Positions 12,316-24,879 are shown, counted from the first letter of the whole stretch. The stretch: 62,177 nt of DNA, filler included, from Globobulimina sp. (GCA_003354225.1; 33 parts of 33 records of this genome joined end to end with filler, not necessarily neighbours in it); one strand, 5' to 3'. Notes: generated from the letters alone by a model not told the origin. Made by a program: numbers and translations.

Positions 12316-13117
12316 ATGGGTAACTGTACAATGACGGCACCTATAGATAATACTCCTCCGTTACCTCCTGCAAAACAGCAACACGATGCAAAAGAAATGA
12401 AAGTACAATCTTTTAAGGCAAGTCACGCCGCTGGAGCTGGGTTGGAATGGAGAGTGTTTATTCGGTACGAAACTGCTCCGAAACTAGATATATTTACTGC
12501 ATTAAGTTACGTATAATTGTATATTTGCATTAAGTTCAATAAACGAACAAAGCAATTTGTTTTCAGGACAGAAACAGCATAAACTGCCAAATTATAGTTG
12601 GAACAGTGGATTTGTAGAGAAACGGACAGATAATTATGTTGTTGTACATGATAATGATTATGGGTTAAAATTTCGTTATGGAACGAATTTGGAGTTAAAA
12701 TGTCGGATTGAACAACATTTAAACATTGAAGGTTGGTACAAACGCAGTTTTCCAATCCATACGAATGAAATGAAGCTATCTGTTTTGCAAAAAATGGCAC
12801 AGAAATATGAAAGTGATGATGATTTGGGTAAATGTATGCAACTGATTGACAGAGAAAATAGTTTTATTGTGTCGTGCAAGAAAGAGAGACAAACAACATC
12901 TGTCGATGGGTTATCATTGGAACAAACAAAGTGTAGCATAGAGATACTTGATAGCAACTTTATTGATGACAATAATAACAACAATAATAAATATGCGGAA
13001 CTACAAAGCTTGAATGATAGTGAATGGATTTCAATTTGTGTGGAAGGATCGAATGTTGCAAAAATGCTGGATGTTGGACAAAGTGTTGAAGATATATTGA
13101 GTAAATACGATAAGAAT
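12316..13117 (+). CDS. CYTH-like (triphosphate tunnel) protein with an N-terminal acylation motif, 3'-partial, one intron near 12506-12566
   Basis: LEWRVF, EKRTDNY, GLKFR and LELKCR match the ExE/RxD.Y/LKxR/ELK pattern of CYTH-like proteins. Starts MGNC. Confidence 0.55.
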
Positions 13118-13217
13118 NNNNNNNNNNNNNNNNNNNNNNNNNNNNNNNNNNNNNNNNNNNNTTAATTAATTAANNNNNNNNNNNNNNNNNNNNNNNNNNN
13201 NNNNNNNNNNNNNNNNN

Positions 13218-15005
13218 GAAAAATACAGTGATATTTAGGCATATTGGTTATAAATACAGTGATATATTACCAGGGCAAAGAGGATTTGATGAAGGAATTT
13301 ATTCTCTGCTTGGTTTACAATATCATAACCGTCAAAGTAGTTTACCATTTGTAACATATGACAGGGCGTACCCAATGGATGATGACATTTTAAGTCTGAG
13401 AAACGCATTGTTTGGTTTGCCCAAAACAAGATTACCTGCTCACGATACGTGGGCTATTGACAATAATGGTGAGCCCACAGCGATACTTGTCGGCGATCCG
13501 ACATACAGTGAGAAAATATACACTGATGCTATTGTATCATTTATTGACAAACAAAATGCAGCAAATCCATTTTATATTCACTACAATTTATTTACTCCGC
13601 ATTTCAAGATTGTAGAGCCTCCGGTCTTAGACAATAATTTTGCATATCAATATGATATATGTACTGATTTAAGTCTGTCAGACGAGAAAATTTTATTTTG
13701 TAAGGCAATGTTATATGCACAAGAACGAATTGATGAGATTGTGAATAAGGTTAAATCAAAAGGATTGTGGCAAGATACGCTGATTGTTATTACCTCCGAT
13801 AATGGTCCAAGACCTGAAACATATGGCACCACGTTACCATTGAGAGGAATAAAAAGTTTCTTTTCTGTTTATATTTTCATTTGAATGAAAAAGTGCAATA
13901 TTTGATTTCCGCGTCATGATCAAAAGATATTTCAACTTCATTTTCATTTTGTACACAAAAATGATACAGTAAAAGTTTCTGATGCTGAATAATTAAACGT
14001 TTCACGTAAAGTTTGTATTATTGTTTTTTTGTTTACTATCAGCATCAGAAAACGAAGGAGGAATAAGGACCGCATCGTTTATTATTGGTGGTTATATCGA
14101 GAATGTGCTAAATAGTGCGACTCCGTCCGTGACATCGTGCGAATATAATAACATGGTCCATATAAGTGACTGGTTTAATATATTGACAGAGATCGCAAAT
14201 ATAAACCATGATACCTCAGATAGTGACCATAGCAGTTTACAAATATGGCAGGATATCAAATGTAATTGTAACGAAGCGTGCGGCTCAAATTATCAACAAC
14301 GCACAGAATTAATTAACATGCGATTATGCGGCGATAACTTTGCATCATTGCCATTTGACAGTGATTCTAACTGGTTTTATGGCACTACAATCATTAAAAA
14401 TGGATGGAAATTAATTGTAAATGGCTCGTATTCTGTGGGTGATGGCTGTCCAAATACTGCGGGAGACACTGGCTTAAAACCTAGAAATTCATGGACTGGA
14501 TACGGAAGTAATACGTTTACAATACCAAACCAGGCGTTTTTTGATGAGTGGTATTTGCCACAATTTATAGCTGATGAGGGAAGAGCAAACACATTGTATA
14601 AATCCGAATGTTTAGAAGCATTAAATGGAAATGATACCATTAACAATCCAAGTTATCCTAAATTTACATATGGCGATACTGATGAATTTATGTTATTTGA
14701 TTTGAACACTGATAAAATTGAAGCCTGCAATCTTGCAAATGCAGTGGGTTCCCAATATACAGACAAAATTAGTGAATTATTGGCAATATTAGAAACACGA
14801 AGTGGTGAATATAACAGAGAGCCAGATACGGAAAGTAGTGTTGGCGCAATGTGGGAACTGGTCAATTCTTACGATTGTACCACACAAAGAACGTATTTGC
14901 TGCCCTGGGATGGACAGAATGAGGATAAATGCGGACCGATTGAGGAAACCATAAATGATATCACAGCCAGAGATTGTAGTCCTATTTGGCAGAGATTGAA
15001 TGAGA
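13218..15005 (+). CDS. Arylsulfatase B-like sulfatase, partial, with introns
   Basis: HIGY...PGQRGFD, PFYIHY...PH, LWQDTLIVITSDNG, PLRGIK, EGGIRT, HISDWF, GWKLI and LFDL..D..E..NL. Confidence 0.9.
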
Positions 15006-15484
15006 NNNNNNNNNNNNNNNNNNNNNNNNNNNNNNNNNNNNNNNNNNNNTTAATTAATTAANNNNNNNNNNNNNNNNNNNNNNNNNNNNNNNNNNNNNNN
15101 NNNNNTTATGGTCAATGATTTATGGTTATTGACGTATAATTTCTCTTTAAATTTTATCTTGTTGCATTTATCAACGTTTTCGTATTTGATGCATAATTTT
15201 TGCGATTTCTTTTGTCTGGACTTAAGGCGCCGATTATGTTTTGAGTGATTGTATCGATATATAATATCAGTCATCAATTTATGTGTTGTGTCATGAGGAA
15301 ATGGGGGAAAAAATGTAGTGGAAATTAATGCAAGTTTTTTTTGAAAAAATTGTTAATTTAATTTAAAAATAAATTAAATATAATCGTACGTTCCTGAAGA
15401 ACATTCACTTGACACATTGAAACAAGGCATGTCTGTCAAAGTCACGATTGTGTTTCTTTGATAACTGGCAATAATTTCATTTGT

Positions 15485-16893
15485 CTAAGTTGTCGGTATA
15501 AATTTCCGAGGTCCATTATTTGACATTTTTCTTTCAATGCGACATAGATTGCCGTTAATATCAATTTGTTTCATTTTTAATGCAATTTGTAATGATTGCG
15601 GATCACCAAAATAAACAAATGCAAATTTCTTGTTATAATTAACATCGATATAATCAATGCGAATATGAGTATTATTGTTGTTATATTGTCTTAAATTGCT
15701 TTTTAAAATACTGTATAATTTGGAATGTGTAATATTTTGTGGTATCCCACGAATAAAAACAGCCAATGCATTATCATATCTTTGGTACGTATTATCGCAA
15801 TAAAATTTATTTAGCATTCTTTTACAATTTACAGCTGGTTCTATTTGATTCTCATTAACATTATAAATATTTGTTATTTTTCTTGTCCGTAACCAAAATA
15901 TATCATTTCGGATTAACCAAAATCCTTTTTTTGATTTTTTGATAATAAAAATTTGTTCGAACGCTTTTGTTACATTTTGCTTAAATTTCATTACGCCGTT
16001 CACCCGAATCAGTATAGAATAATTGAATGATTTCTGATATATTATCTTCTTAATATCTACAAATAATACATTCAGATCACTGAGATTATTGATTGAGTGA
16101 TGAACATCGTTTCGATGAATCTCTGCGTTTAAATGATAGAATCTTTTCAAAGTCTGAGGCTTCGAATGTAATGCATTAAAATACATAGTCAAAAATTTAA
16201 CAGTTATTGCCCGTTGACATTCGTTTGATGCTGCTTTCACTGCTTTGGCTCTCTCATTTTCTTGATTTATTTCATAATTTTCATTGATGGAGTTCTGATT
16301 CACTGCGCACGGAAAGGTAAATCCATTCCCATTGACGGGCTGATTGACCGGATCAGGCACAGCGATATTGCGCACATTGCAATTGCTGATATTGTTGTTT
16401 GTTTGTAATGTAAATGGGATTGGTACGGGCGGTACGACGATGTTGTTATTAATGTTCATATTATTAGCGATATTGGGAATGGTTTGTGTTGCTGGTATGG
16501 ATGCATCTGATTTTGCAGCTGATATCGGACTGATACTTATTGTGGTTTCCATTTGGGACACCATTGAAATGGGCAATGGACTTATTGGCAACGGGAATGA
16601 GCTAAATGATAAAGATAAATTATTCATATTCTGGCTGTGATTGAATGTCGGTTGGTTGAGATTGCTGAAACTCATATTTTTGATATCGTTTTCTAAACAA
16701 AAGGATAAGTTATTTATATTACTTATCGTTGATTTTCTGGAATTAATGTCATTTTCTAAAGAAAAAGATAAGTTGCTCATATTGTTTATATTGAATGATA
16801 ACGATTGTACACTGTTATTCAGTTTGTTGCTAAATGTGCAGGGATTCAGTCTATTGTTACCCTCATTTTCTAATGAAAATGGATTAAATTCTT
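15485..16893 (-). CDS. G3BP/Rasputin-like NTF2 + RRM protein with a long Asn/Ser-rich N-terminus (5'-partial)
   Basis: KFLTMYFNALHSKPQTLKRFY...FEQIFII...IRNDIFW (NTF2) and AVFIRGIP...KKFAFVYF (RRM RNP2/RNP1). Confidence 0.8.
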
Positions 16894-16993
16894 NNNNNNN
16901 NNNNNNNNNNNNNNNNNNNNNNNNNNNNNNNNNNNNNTTAATTAATTAANNNNNNNNNNNNNNNNNNNNNNNNNNNNNNNNNNNNNNNNNNNN

Positions 16994-17268
16994 GTAACAT
17001 GTTCAACTGCCTACTTCACAGAATGAATGGAATATTGCTATGAGCAAAATAGTTGTCATATTGAACCTTTGAGATAGACTCAGTAATAAATTCCGATTGA
17101 AACCAACTGTTTGCATTTCTTAATATGGGAAATGTTATGGCAAACTAAAGTACTTTTATAAAACTTCAAACCATGGGCTATCTAACGCAACAAACCGGAC
17201 TTCAATAGCTAAACCCAGTCCAGAGATATGGGCATTTAAAAAAGTACTTTTCCGTGAGACACCCTGTA
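16994..17268. mobile_element. End of a Tc1/mariner-type MITE-like element
   Basis: GAGACACCCTGTA at 17256-17268 is the reverse complement of TA-CAGGGTGTCTC, a common mariner-family terminal repeat with its TA target. The other end is not on the contig. Confidence 0.45.
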
Positions 17269-17513
17269 GTATTCAATTTGGCCTTCTTAACCATGTTGTT
17301 TTTTATATTTTGTCACATATTACGACTAAAATTGCAAAAAGAGGACCGAAAGTAAATTAAAATTAAATTTAATTGTTCAGCTTAATTAAATTAAATTAAT
17401 AAATAAATTTAAATTAAATTCCAAAATATATTTACTGGACAACAGTACCATCCGTCACTCATTTACATTAGCAGAAAAACCGGTCTGCTAATATCTCTTA
17501 TGAAAAGTGCCCG

Positions 17514-17703
17514 TTTCAACTTGGATTCCTTTACGAACCATATACAATTTCATCTAGGAGTCACAATACGAACCCTGCACGTTCCAATTGGAACTTGGAA
17601 TCAATTATCAGCAATTTATTTAAAATATTAGTCACATTAATTTGCAGTCACTAACCAACCCTGATCCATTTCAACTTGCAGTCCCTAGCGAACCCCATCC
17701 GTG
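17514..17703. repeat. Degenerate ~33-bp repeats (TTTCAACTTG(C/G)AGTCCCT...CGAACC)
   Basis: About four imperfect copies, e.g. tttcaacttggattcctttacgaacc, tttcatctaggagtcacaatacgaacc and tttcaacttgcagtccctagcgaacc. The contig is non-coding. Confidence 0.5.
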
Positions 17704-18881
17704 TTATATTGGACAACAACTGATTTTAAATATTTCTAAAATATCGAAAAAGTCGAAAATTAGCAATTATTAACCGATTACTAGCGATAATCTATCTCTA
17801 CTATTTAATTTAATTTAATTTTAGTTAAATTTTTGAATGCATTTAACTCGCGAGAAAATTAGCTGTTGTCGCGATTCGGATCGCGATCCAAATTCAAATA
17901 TAATTAGGAATAACCAGAGTCATGTATGTACATATTTTAGGACTGAAAACATAGTAACAAATGTTGTGAATAAAGGAAGTTGTACTAACTTATGTTTGTT
18001 ATGGGAAATAAATGTCATTTGTATGTACATACAATTAAAGGGAATTATGTAAAGAATGAATTGTACATACAATCAATTAGGATTATTTACGGAAAACTAC
18101 CGTAATTTGTGCGTCTTGGGGCGTCAATAAGAAGCCCTAGAGGTTGTTACTAGCAAGTGGCGCAAAAATAGCCGATTTATTATATTTTTGTCATAAGAAT
18201 GAATCGAAGGATTTTGATTGGCTGAACGAGCAAATACGTGACTGAAATACGACCAACAGCGCCATCTATGCATGGAAATCTGGGCTCCGCCCTAACTCGT
18301 ATTTTGTGTACACTTTTCGAGCTGCAGTGCTTTGGATAGGTGTCGAGCAAAAAGTTACAATTTTGGTCCAAGCCAGACTAGTTGAGTCAAAACTAGTTAT
18401 GTGGCAGTGAATGCTACTTTTATGTAGTGAAGTTGAATGTAACTTTTGTGCAGGCACGAGTGAAAAGAAAGTGCAAAGACCAAACCAAGTGGCAACCTCA
18501 AGCCAAGAATAGGTAAATAATGATCTAATAATATTATTATAATTTATGTAATATATTTTGTATTTGTTTATAGTTTGGAGTTAGATTAATAAATTTATAT
18601 TTCTTTATTTGTATCACACATTCGTTGGGTCGGACGGAGGCTATTAAAAGCTTACCTTCTGATTCAAACCTAAATTATTATAGTATAAATAGCCGCCTTC
18701 GTCCATATGGTAATACCCGGAGTGATACAAATCTAAAACTTTAATGTAACTTTAATATTTAAATAAATTTTATTAGAGGTTNNNNNNNNNNNNNNNNNNN
18801 NNNNNNNNNNNNNNNNNNNNNNNNNTTAATTAATTAANNNNNNNNNNNNNNNNNNNNNNNNNNNNNNNNNNNNNNNNNNNN

Positions 18882-19848
18882 ACTGTCGGCTTAGTATGTT
18901 AATAATAAATATAATATCTCATATATATGCATATATAATATCAATTAATGTACACGTATCAAGGTGGTTGTCCATGTATGTTCAAATTATATTTATCATC
19001 ACATACAGCATAGTACACATACTAACATTTAAATAGATGGATATTGTAGCTCTCAGCCATGGATTGTATCAGCATATGATTTCAAAACAGGTGCATTGGA
19101 TACAAAATATTTCAGTCGTTTAAATCAAATATTGTCAAAAGCTGATTCAATTGGAATGGTACCCATTGTGCAATTGTTTTATTTTGGACAGGTTGGGAGG
19201 TTCAATCATAATAATACTGCCATTTATGCTGCGATTAACAATACGATGCGATGGTTATTATCATCAAATTATCGCGGCATTTTAATTGAAGTTGTTAATG
19301 AAGTGAATGAAGGATATGGTAATACCATATTGGACACCGCCAACATTGCAAATACAATCAGTTTCGTTAAAAGCATAACCAACAATGTCTTTGCAGTGGG
19401 AACAAGTTATGGTGGCGGTGGAATACCGTCGGATGCCGTTGTCCAAGCATCAGATGTTATATTTTTGCATGGGAATGGTCAGTCGCCATCAGGTATTACC
19501 AATATGCTCAATAAGGTACAGGCTATGGCATCGTATAAAAGCAAACCGAAACCAATTGTTTTTAATGAAGATGACCATTATGATTTCAATGCATCATCTA
19601 ATAATATGAAATCTGCAGTGGATGGTATGTATGTTCACTGTATGAGATATTGTATATACTTTTCAGTGTTGTATATTTGCATAAAAAGGTCATGCGTCAT
19701 GGGGTTATTTTGATGGATGTTCGTCGAGCCAAGCAGATGATTATCATGATGGGTATCAATGTCCTGCGACTTCATGGGCCATTGACACAGATAGAAAAGC
19801 TGCATTTTTTGGAAAAGTTCATGAATATGCTACAACATAATGTCTAGT
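18882..19848 (+). CDS. Putative TIM-barrel glycoside hydrolase-like protein, 5'-partial, several introns
   Basis: YFSRLNQILSKAD..GMVPIVQLFYFGQ, ILIEVVNE, VGTSYGGG.IP, DVIFLHGNG and KPIVFNED, with GH-A-like NE and E positions. Confidence 0.6.
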
Positions 19849-19942
19849 GATGAATTTATTGTTCGTGACGGTGTTTAAATTAAGCGTTGTCGAACTACTG
19901 TATTTGCAATGATGTATAATTTATATTATACACTATTATTAC

Positions 19943-20669
19943 TTACAAAGTATATTCATATATCCATGAATATGTGGTAACAGTAACAGCAGCAACTTGA
20001 GGGGCTGCCTTGTCTTCTTTGCCTTCCTCTTTTGACGGATTAAAAGGAAACTTATGAGGGCATGAATCCGCAGATCCAGTGGTTCTTTCCATGTTTCTCC
20101 AAACCAATACAAAATCCTTTGTAAACAAAAGTGGATCTTCTTCAAAGAACTTATAAGCAGACATTTTGCCAGGATTTGCTTTATATGTTAACCCGGCATC
20201 ATTATCCTGATAAATACCTGCATCGAAATAAAAAGCAGATAAAAAATAATCCTCCGTACCAGATGATAAAAATTGATAATTTGGCTCTCCATCAACTTTC
20301 ATTCGAACACATGCTTCCAAATAATTAAAATCAGGTGAATCCGCTACAAATGTTGTTTGGAATAATAAGCCTGCAGTACCTGTCACATTTGCCATTGTTA
20401 TAAAGTCATATGGCTGAAGCACTACATTTTCCTGTTTATATAATCTTAATCTGGTATTTGCTGGTCTGTATATTCCATATATATTCAACAAATACCATAA
20501 ACAATACATTTTGTGGGGTTACTTAACAATAATAAGTCGCCAACAATAACTGGATAATTAAGAACACCTCTTACAATATACCAAAATGTAGCAGTTTTGG
20601 CATTTGTAATGGTGATGTTAATACTTTGTTGGAATGGTATGCGATATGTGTTATATAGGCCACCATTCT
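19943..20669 (-). CDS. DUF2961 (GH172-related) family protein, 5'-partial
   Basis: NYLEACVR...LSSGTEDYFLSAFYFDAG, MSAYKFFEEDPL.F...LVWRN. Confidence 0.7.
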
Positions 20670-20769
20670 NNNNNNNNNNNNNNNNNNNNNNNNNNNNNNN
20701 NNNNNNNNNNNNNTTAATTAATTAANNNNNNNNNNNNNNNNNNNNNNNNNNNNNNNNNNNNNNNNNNNN

Positions 20770-21095
20770 AAAATATTGGTTATTCTTTTTAGAGATTTAC
20801 AGTCTGATAAATTGCAACTATTTGATGGTGAAAGCATGTGTATATTGCATGGTTCGTATAAGTAATTCGAATTGATAATGTTTTGTTTGTTCTCTTTGTT
20901 ATGTTTGTTATTTGAAATCAAAGATTTGGTAAAATATGACATAACATTACCTGCATTATCAAGTTGTTTAACTAACTCGTCTAATTTTGACCTGTTATTT
21001 GAAATTTTGCTATGAAATTTATGTTCGACATCATGATCTTGTCTTGCAGTGAATAAATTGATCAAACTATCCAACCTACCAAGTGCGGTTGCCAT
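20770..21095 (-). CDS. Hypothetical protein, 3'-partial
   Basis: Open frame from MATALGRLDSLI to the contig end, containing a Cys cluster. Confidence 0.35.
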
Positions 21096-21176
21096 TGGAT
21101 TTCTGAACTTGTAAAACAAAACATTTGTTCCTAGAAACGGATTTGTAACGTTAATCATTTTTTAGAGTGAAATCAG

Positions 21177-22451
21177 TCATCTAACTTGATTGGAAATGAT
21201 TAATTTTGTGTCATTCAGCTCAACCTCTGATATTGTATTCACATTTAAAGCACCATCCATGCCATTTCCCTTATTTTTATTTTTTAATTTCTTTTTCGTT
21301 TTCTCTTCATTTTCTTGCATTCTCTTATATTTTTCAAATTGCTTATTCCGCATTGCTCGAATCAAATATATAATGACACAAACACACAACAAAAAGCCTG
21401 CCACACTACCACCAATAATAAATTGTAAATTGCCGTTATGATTCTCATCATTCATATATGAATCTGTTCCATTTATATTTGCTGATCTGTTATATTGTGT
21501 GCTGTCAATAACATTTGTAGTTGCGATCGATGTGATGTTCTGTTGATTAATGTATTGCTTAATTTGTTGCTGAATCCAATCATAATAAATGCCAATATTT
21601 GTATAAATCGCAGGTATATTTTGGTTGCACCCAAAGCCAGTTGAAATAATACCAACCTGTTCATTTGTATTTGTTTTCATTAATGGCCCACCGCTATCAC
21701 CTTGACAAGCATCTGTATTATTGCCAATGGCGCAAATCTGAGTAGTCTCTGTTGCAAACATCCAATAAACAGTTCCAGATTCATTTAATTCCTTCAGTTC
21801 ATCATTGCTAACATTATATGTATCTATGTACCATTCTGTCAATTCAATATTGCATTGTGTGGTATTCATAAATAATATATTGCTGTGTTGTAATGTGTCA
21901 GTGACTGCTCCATTATATTTATTATATCCGTATCCAATAATTGTTAGCTGTTCGTTTTCGTCACAGCATGAATTATTATATGTGGTGTCATTAGCAATTA
22001 TTACTGATGAATATTGCGAGTAAACAGTTAAATTTGCATCTAAGAATAGCAGAGCTATATCATTGTCATAAGTGGTGGCATTAAATGACTGATGGTATAT
22101 TGCATATATCGGTTTCCATTCAGTATAATGTCCTGAGTCACCAACATGTTCCGGATAAACATCATTTCGATATAGATCTACGATGATATTATACAGATTA
22201 CCATCAGAATCTGTTAAACAATGAGCTGCTGTAATAATAACTGCTGGGTATTCCTTCCGAAATATAGATCCACCGCATCGTGGCAGCAATATACCATTAG
22301 AAAATGCTATGGATAGAGATGCTATGTAAGGGAATTGTGATGCATTTGAAGGGATACCATTCACAATACGATCATCCAGATATGAATATTTGTTGCTTGA
22401 ACAAATATAAAAGAACAGCACTAACGTATTAAAAAAGCATAGACTGCTCAT
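21177..22451 (-). CDS. Membrane-anchored trypsin-like (S1A) serine protease
   Basis: Signal peptide, R-IVNG activation site, TAAHC, NDIAL and DACQGDSGGP triad motifs, and a C-terminal TM helix with a basic tail. Confidence 0.95.
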   Translation of the reverse strand: MSSLCFFNTLVLFFYICSSNKYSYLDDRIVNGIPSNASQFPYIASLSIAFSNGILLPRCGGSIFRKEYPAVIITAAHCLTDSDGNLYNIIVDLYRNDVYPEHVGDSGHYTEWKPIYAIYHQSFNATTYDNDIALLFLDANLTVYSQYSSVIIANDTTYNNSCCDENEQLTIIGYGYNKYNGAVTDTLQHSNILFMNTTQCNIELTEWYIDTYNVSNDELKELNESGTVYWMFATETTQICAIGNNTDACQGDSGGPLMKTNTNEQVGIISTGFGCNQNIPAIYTNIGIYYDWIQQQIKQYINQQNITSIATTNVIDSTQYNRSANINGTDSYMNDENHNGNLQFIIGGSVAGFLLCVCVIIYLIRAMRNKQFEKYKRMQENEEKTKKKLKNKNKGNGMDGALNVNTISEVELNDTKLIISNQVR

Positions 22452-22657
22452 TGTAATGGTTAAAAAACTTTATAGTAGTCAACACTGGACATTTTGAACA
22501 GTTACATCAACTTATTGTCAAATCCGCGGATATATAAATAAAAAATATACAAATCATNNNNNNNNNNNNNNNNNNNNNNNNNNNNNNNNNNNNNNNNNNN
22601 NTTAATTAATTAANNNNNNNNNNNNNNNNNNNNNNNNNNNNNNNNNNNNNNNNNNNN

Positions 22658-24445
22658 TGTAAATGTCGGCTCGTCAAATGCCCCTAAAAGTGTTAGAAAA
22701 TATATCTGCACCACCAACTGAATAATATTAATTACGTTTTTTTGTTTATGACGTTTCCGATCAACAACAAAAACACAAAATAAATGACCTGTGGCACATT
22801 TTCTAAGCACAGAGAACTGTAAAATCTCTTGCTTTGAAATTCTTTGAGAGAGTGAGGTGGTAAGCCCATGGAAAATAAATCGTGGCCGAATAGATTTGAA
22901 TTTGCCAGTTCAATCGCACCAAAACTGTTTCCGCTAACAGCACACGCTACGATCAGCACAACATTCCACGACATAAACCATCCTTGTACTAATTCCTGAA
23001 TTGATGGATCCTCAGCCCACTTTTTCTGGGATTGGAATAATTGCACTAAGTTCATACTCCACGGCACAAATATAAATATCATGCTTACTAAAAATAATAT
23101 CCATTCTGTCGCGTCTCCCAAACGAGCACAAAACATAAGATCAGAATAGAAATCCCATGCATATAATGAGAAGACTAATATACCGAATGGTTTTACATTA
23201 TCTGCTCCAATTTTTTTGGCGTGGAATTTACCCAAAATGGACACACACAAACAGACAGCAACGAACCCATAAATCATATATTTTATTACTTGTACTAACT
23301 TTTCAGCAAAAGTCATTGGGATAGGTAGCACTTTAATTTCTTCCACAAGACCGGCATCCAAACTTATCACTTTTTTGTATGATGCATGCAATATATATAT
23401 TATTCATAAATATATATATACAGATATATACCTTCAAAATCATCAAGATTCAGCCCTAAAAACGATGAACATTCCTCAGCTTCGTCTGTACCTCCCATCA
23501 TACATCGACGCTCCACATCTTTGAACGCCTCAAAGGTTGAATTCGCACTTCCATTAACATTCTGAATGGTATTTGTATTTTTCGTATATGCCAATAACAA
23601 ATCTGTCAGATCCGATACTTTATCAACACTGTCCTGCAGATCATTGCCAGTCAATACCACTCGCATAATAGCTAAATATTGCGCTCGTTTGGTGGCTGGT
23701 TTGTATCGCGCATCTCTATCTTTTTCGGGTTTTTTGATTTCATCCTTATACAAATCACAGTCAAATAAATCATGCTGCCATTCTTCATCATTTGTATCAA
23801 ACGATGATATGGTAAAAACAACACAGGTATACGTAAATTGAATGAATTTATATTTTTCATAATCGTTTTGAAATGTAGCATGTTGAAGGGCTAATTTTGT
23901 GGCAAATGATATCTTTGAATTGAATACTGTCAATATGATGTTACCTAATCCTTCACTCATATTATAATACACAAATAATTCCGCCTGGGTCAAATCACCT
24001 AAACATTGCAATGTGTGCATTTGTATAGAAAGCAAACTGTCAAAAAGAAACATACCAATAACAGTTGGTGCTGTACTGGGAGCTAAGGTCGGTGCCAATG
24101 ATGGTGCCAAACTCGGGGCCAATGAAGGAGCTAAACTCGGGGCCATTGATGGAGAAAAACTTGGAGCTAAACTCGGTGCCAAAGTTGGTGCTAAACTGGG
24201 AGCCAACGATGGAGAAAAACTTGGTGCCAAGGTTGGAGCCAAAGTTGGTGCAAAACTCGGTGCTAAAGATGGCGAAAAACTTGGGGCCAAACTGGGTGCC
24301 AATGACGGAGCTAAACTCGGAGTCAACGATGGAGCTAAACTTGGTGCCAAACTCGGTGCCAATGAAGGAGCTAAACTCGGTGCCAATGTCGGCGAAAAGC
24401 TTGGTGCTAAACTTGGTGCCAACGATGGAGCCAAACTCGGTGTCA
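22658..24445 (-). CDS. Large membrane protein: Pro-rich stalk, ectodomain and XK-like multi-TM region; multi-exon, partial
   Basis: PSLA repeats, then WDFYSD and SLCLENVPQ motifs among TM helices. Introns at 23999-24055, near 23370-23430 and after ENVPQ. Confidence 0.7.
24066..24445 (-). repeat. 12-bp coding minisatellite encoding P(S/T)(L/F/M)(A/S) tetrapeptides
   Basis: About 31 tandem units, e.g. ccaagtttagca, with synonymous variation. Confidence 0.95.
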
Positions 24446-24879
24446 NNNNNNNNNNNNNNNNNNNNNNNNNNNNNNNNNNNNNNNNNNNNTTAATTAATTA
24501 ANNNNNNNNNNNNNNNNNNNNNNNNNNNNNNNNNNNNNNNNNNNNATATGTATTTGAAAAAATATGGTTTAAATTTGTGTTCAAATAAAAAAATTCAAAG
24601 CAAACATATGGTTTATGATTCAAAACATTTTGAGCCAGATATAAATACACAAAATAATTCCATTTTATCCAATATCATTCTTTTTTTAACACATTCAACA
24701 TCGACATCGACACCACCACCAACACCAACATCGCAATCACACTCTCAATGCTTATCCACTGATATTGATACTGTAGAGGTAGGAGTAGGCTGTCTGCCTT
24801 TTACTTCATTCAAACAAGACTGACATGTGCAAGTTTCTAGAAATTTCTGCTTGGATCAAATGTACACAAATAAGTGAGT

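Noticed and set aside
17514-17703. CRISPR array
   Set aside because: The repeats are degenerate and nearly abutting, with no unique spacers of constant length and no cas genes.
17900-18520. rRNA gene fragment (GGTGTCGAGCAAAAAGTTAC resembles an LSU segment)
   Set aside because: The similarity is limited to a few bases and the conserved flanking LSU sequence is absent.
24013-24501. Plus-strand GAKL/ELNS repeat ORFs
   Set aside because: They are antisense shadows of the PSLA coding repeat on the minus strand.
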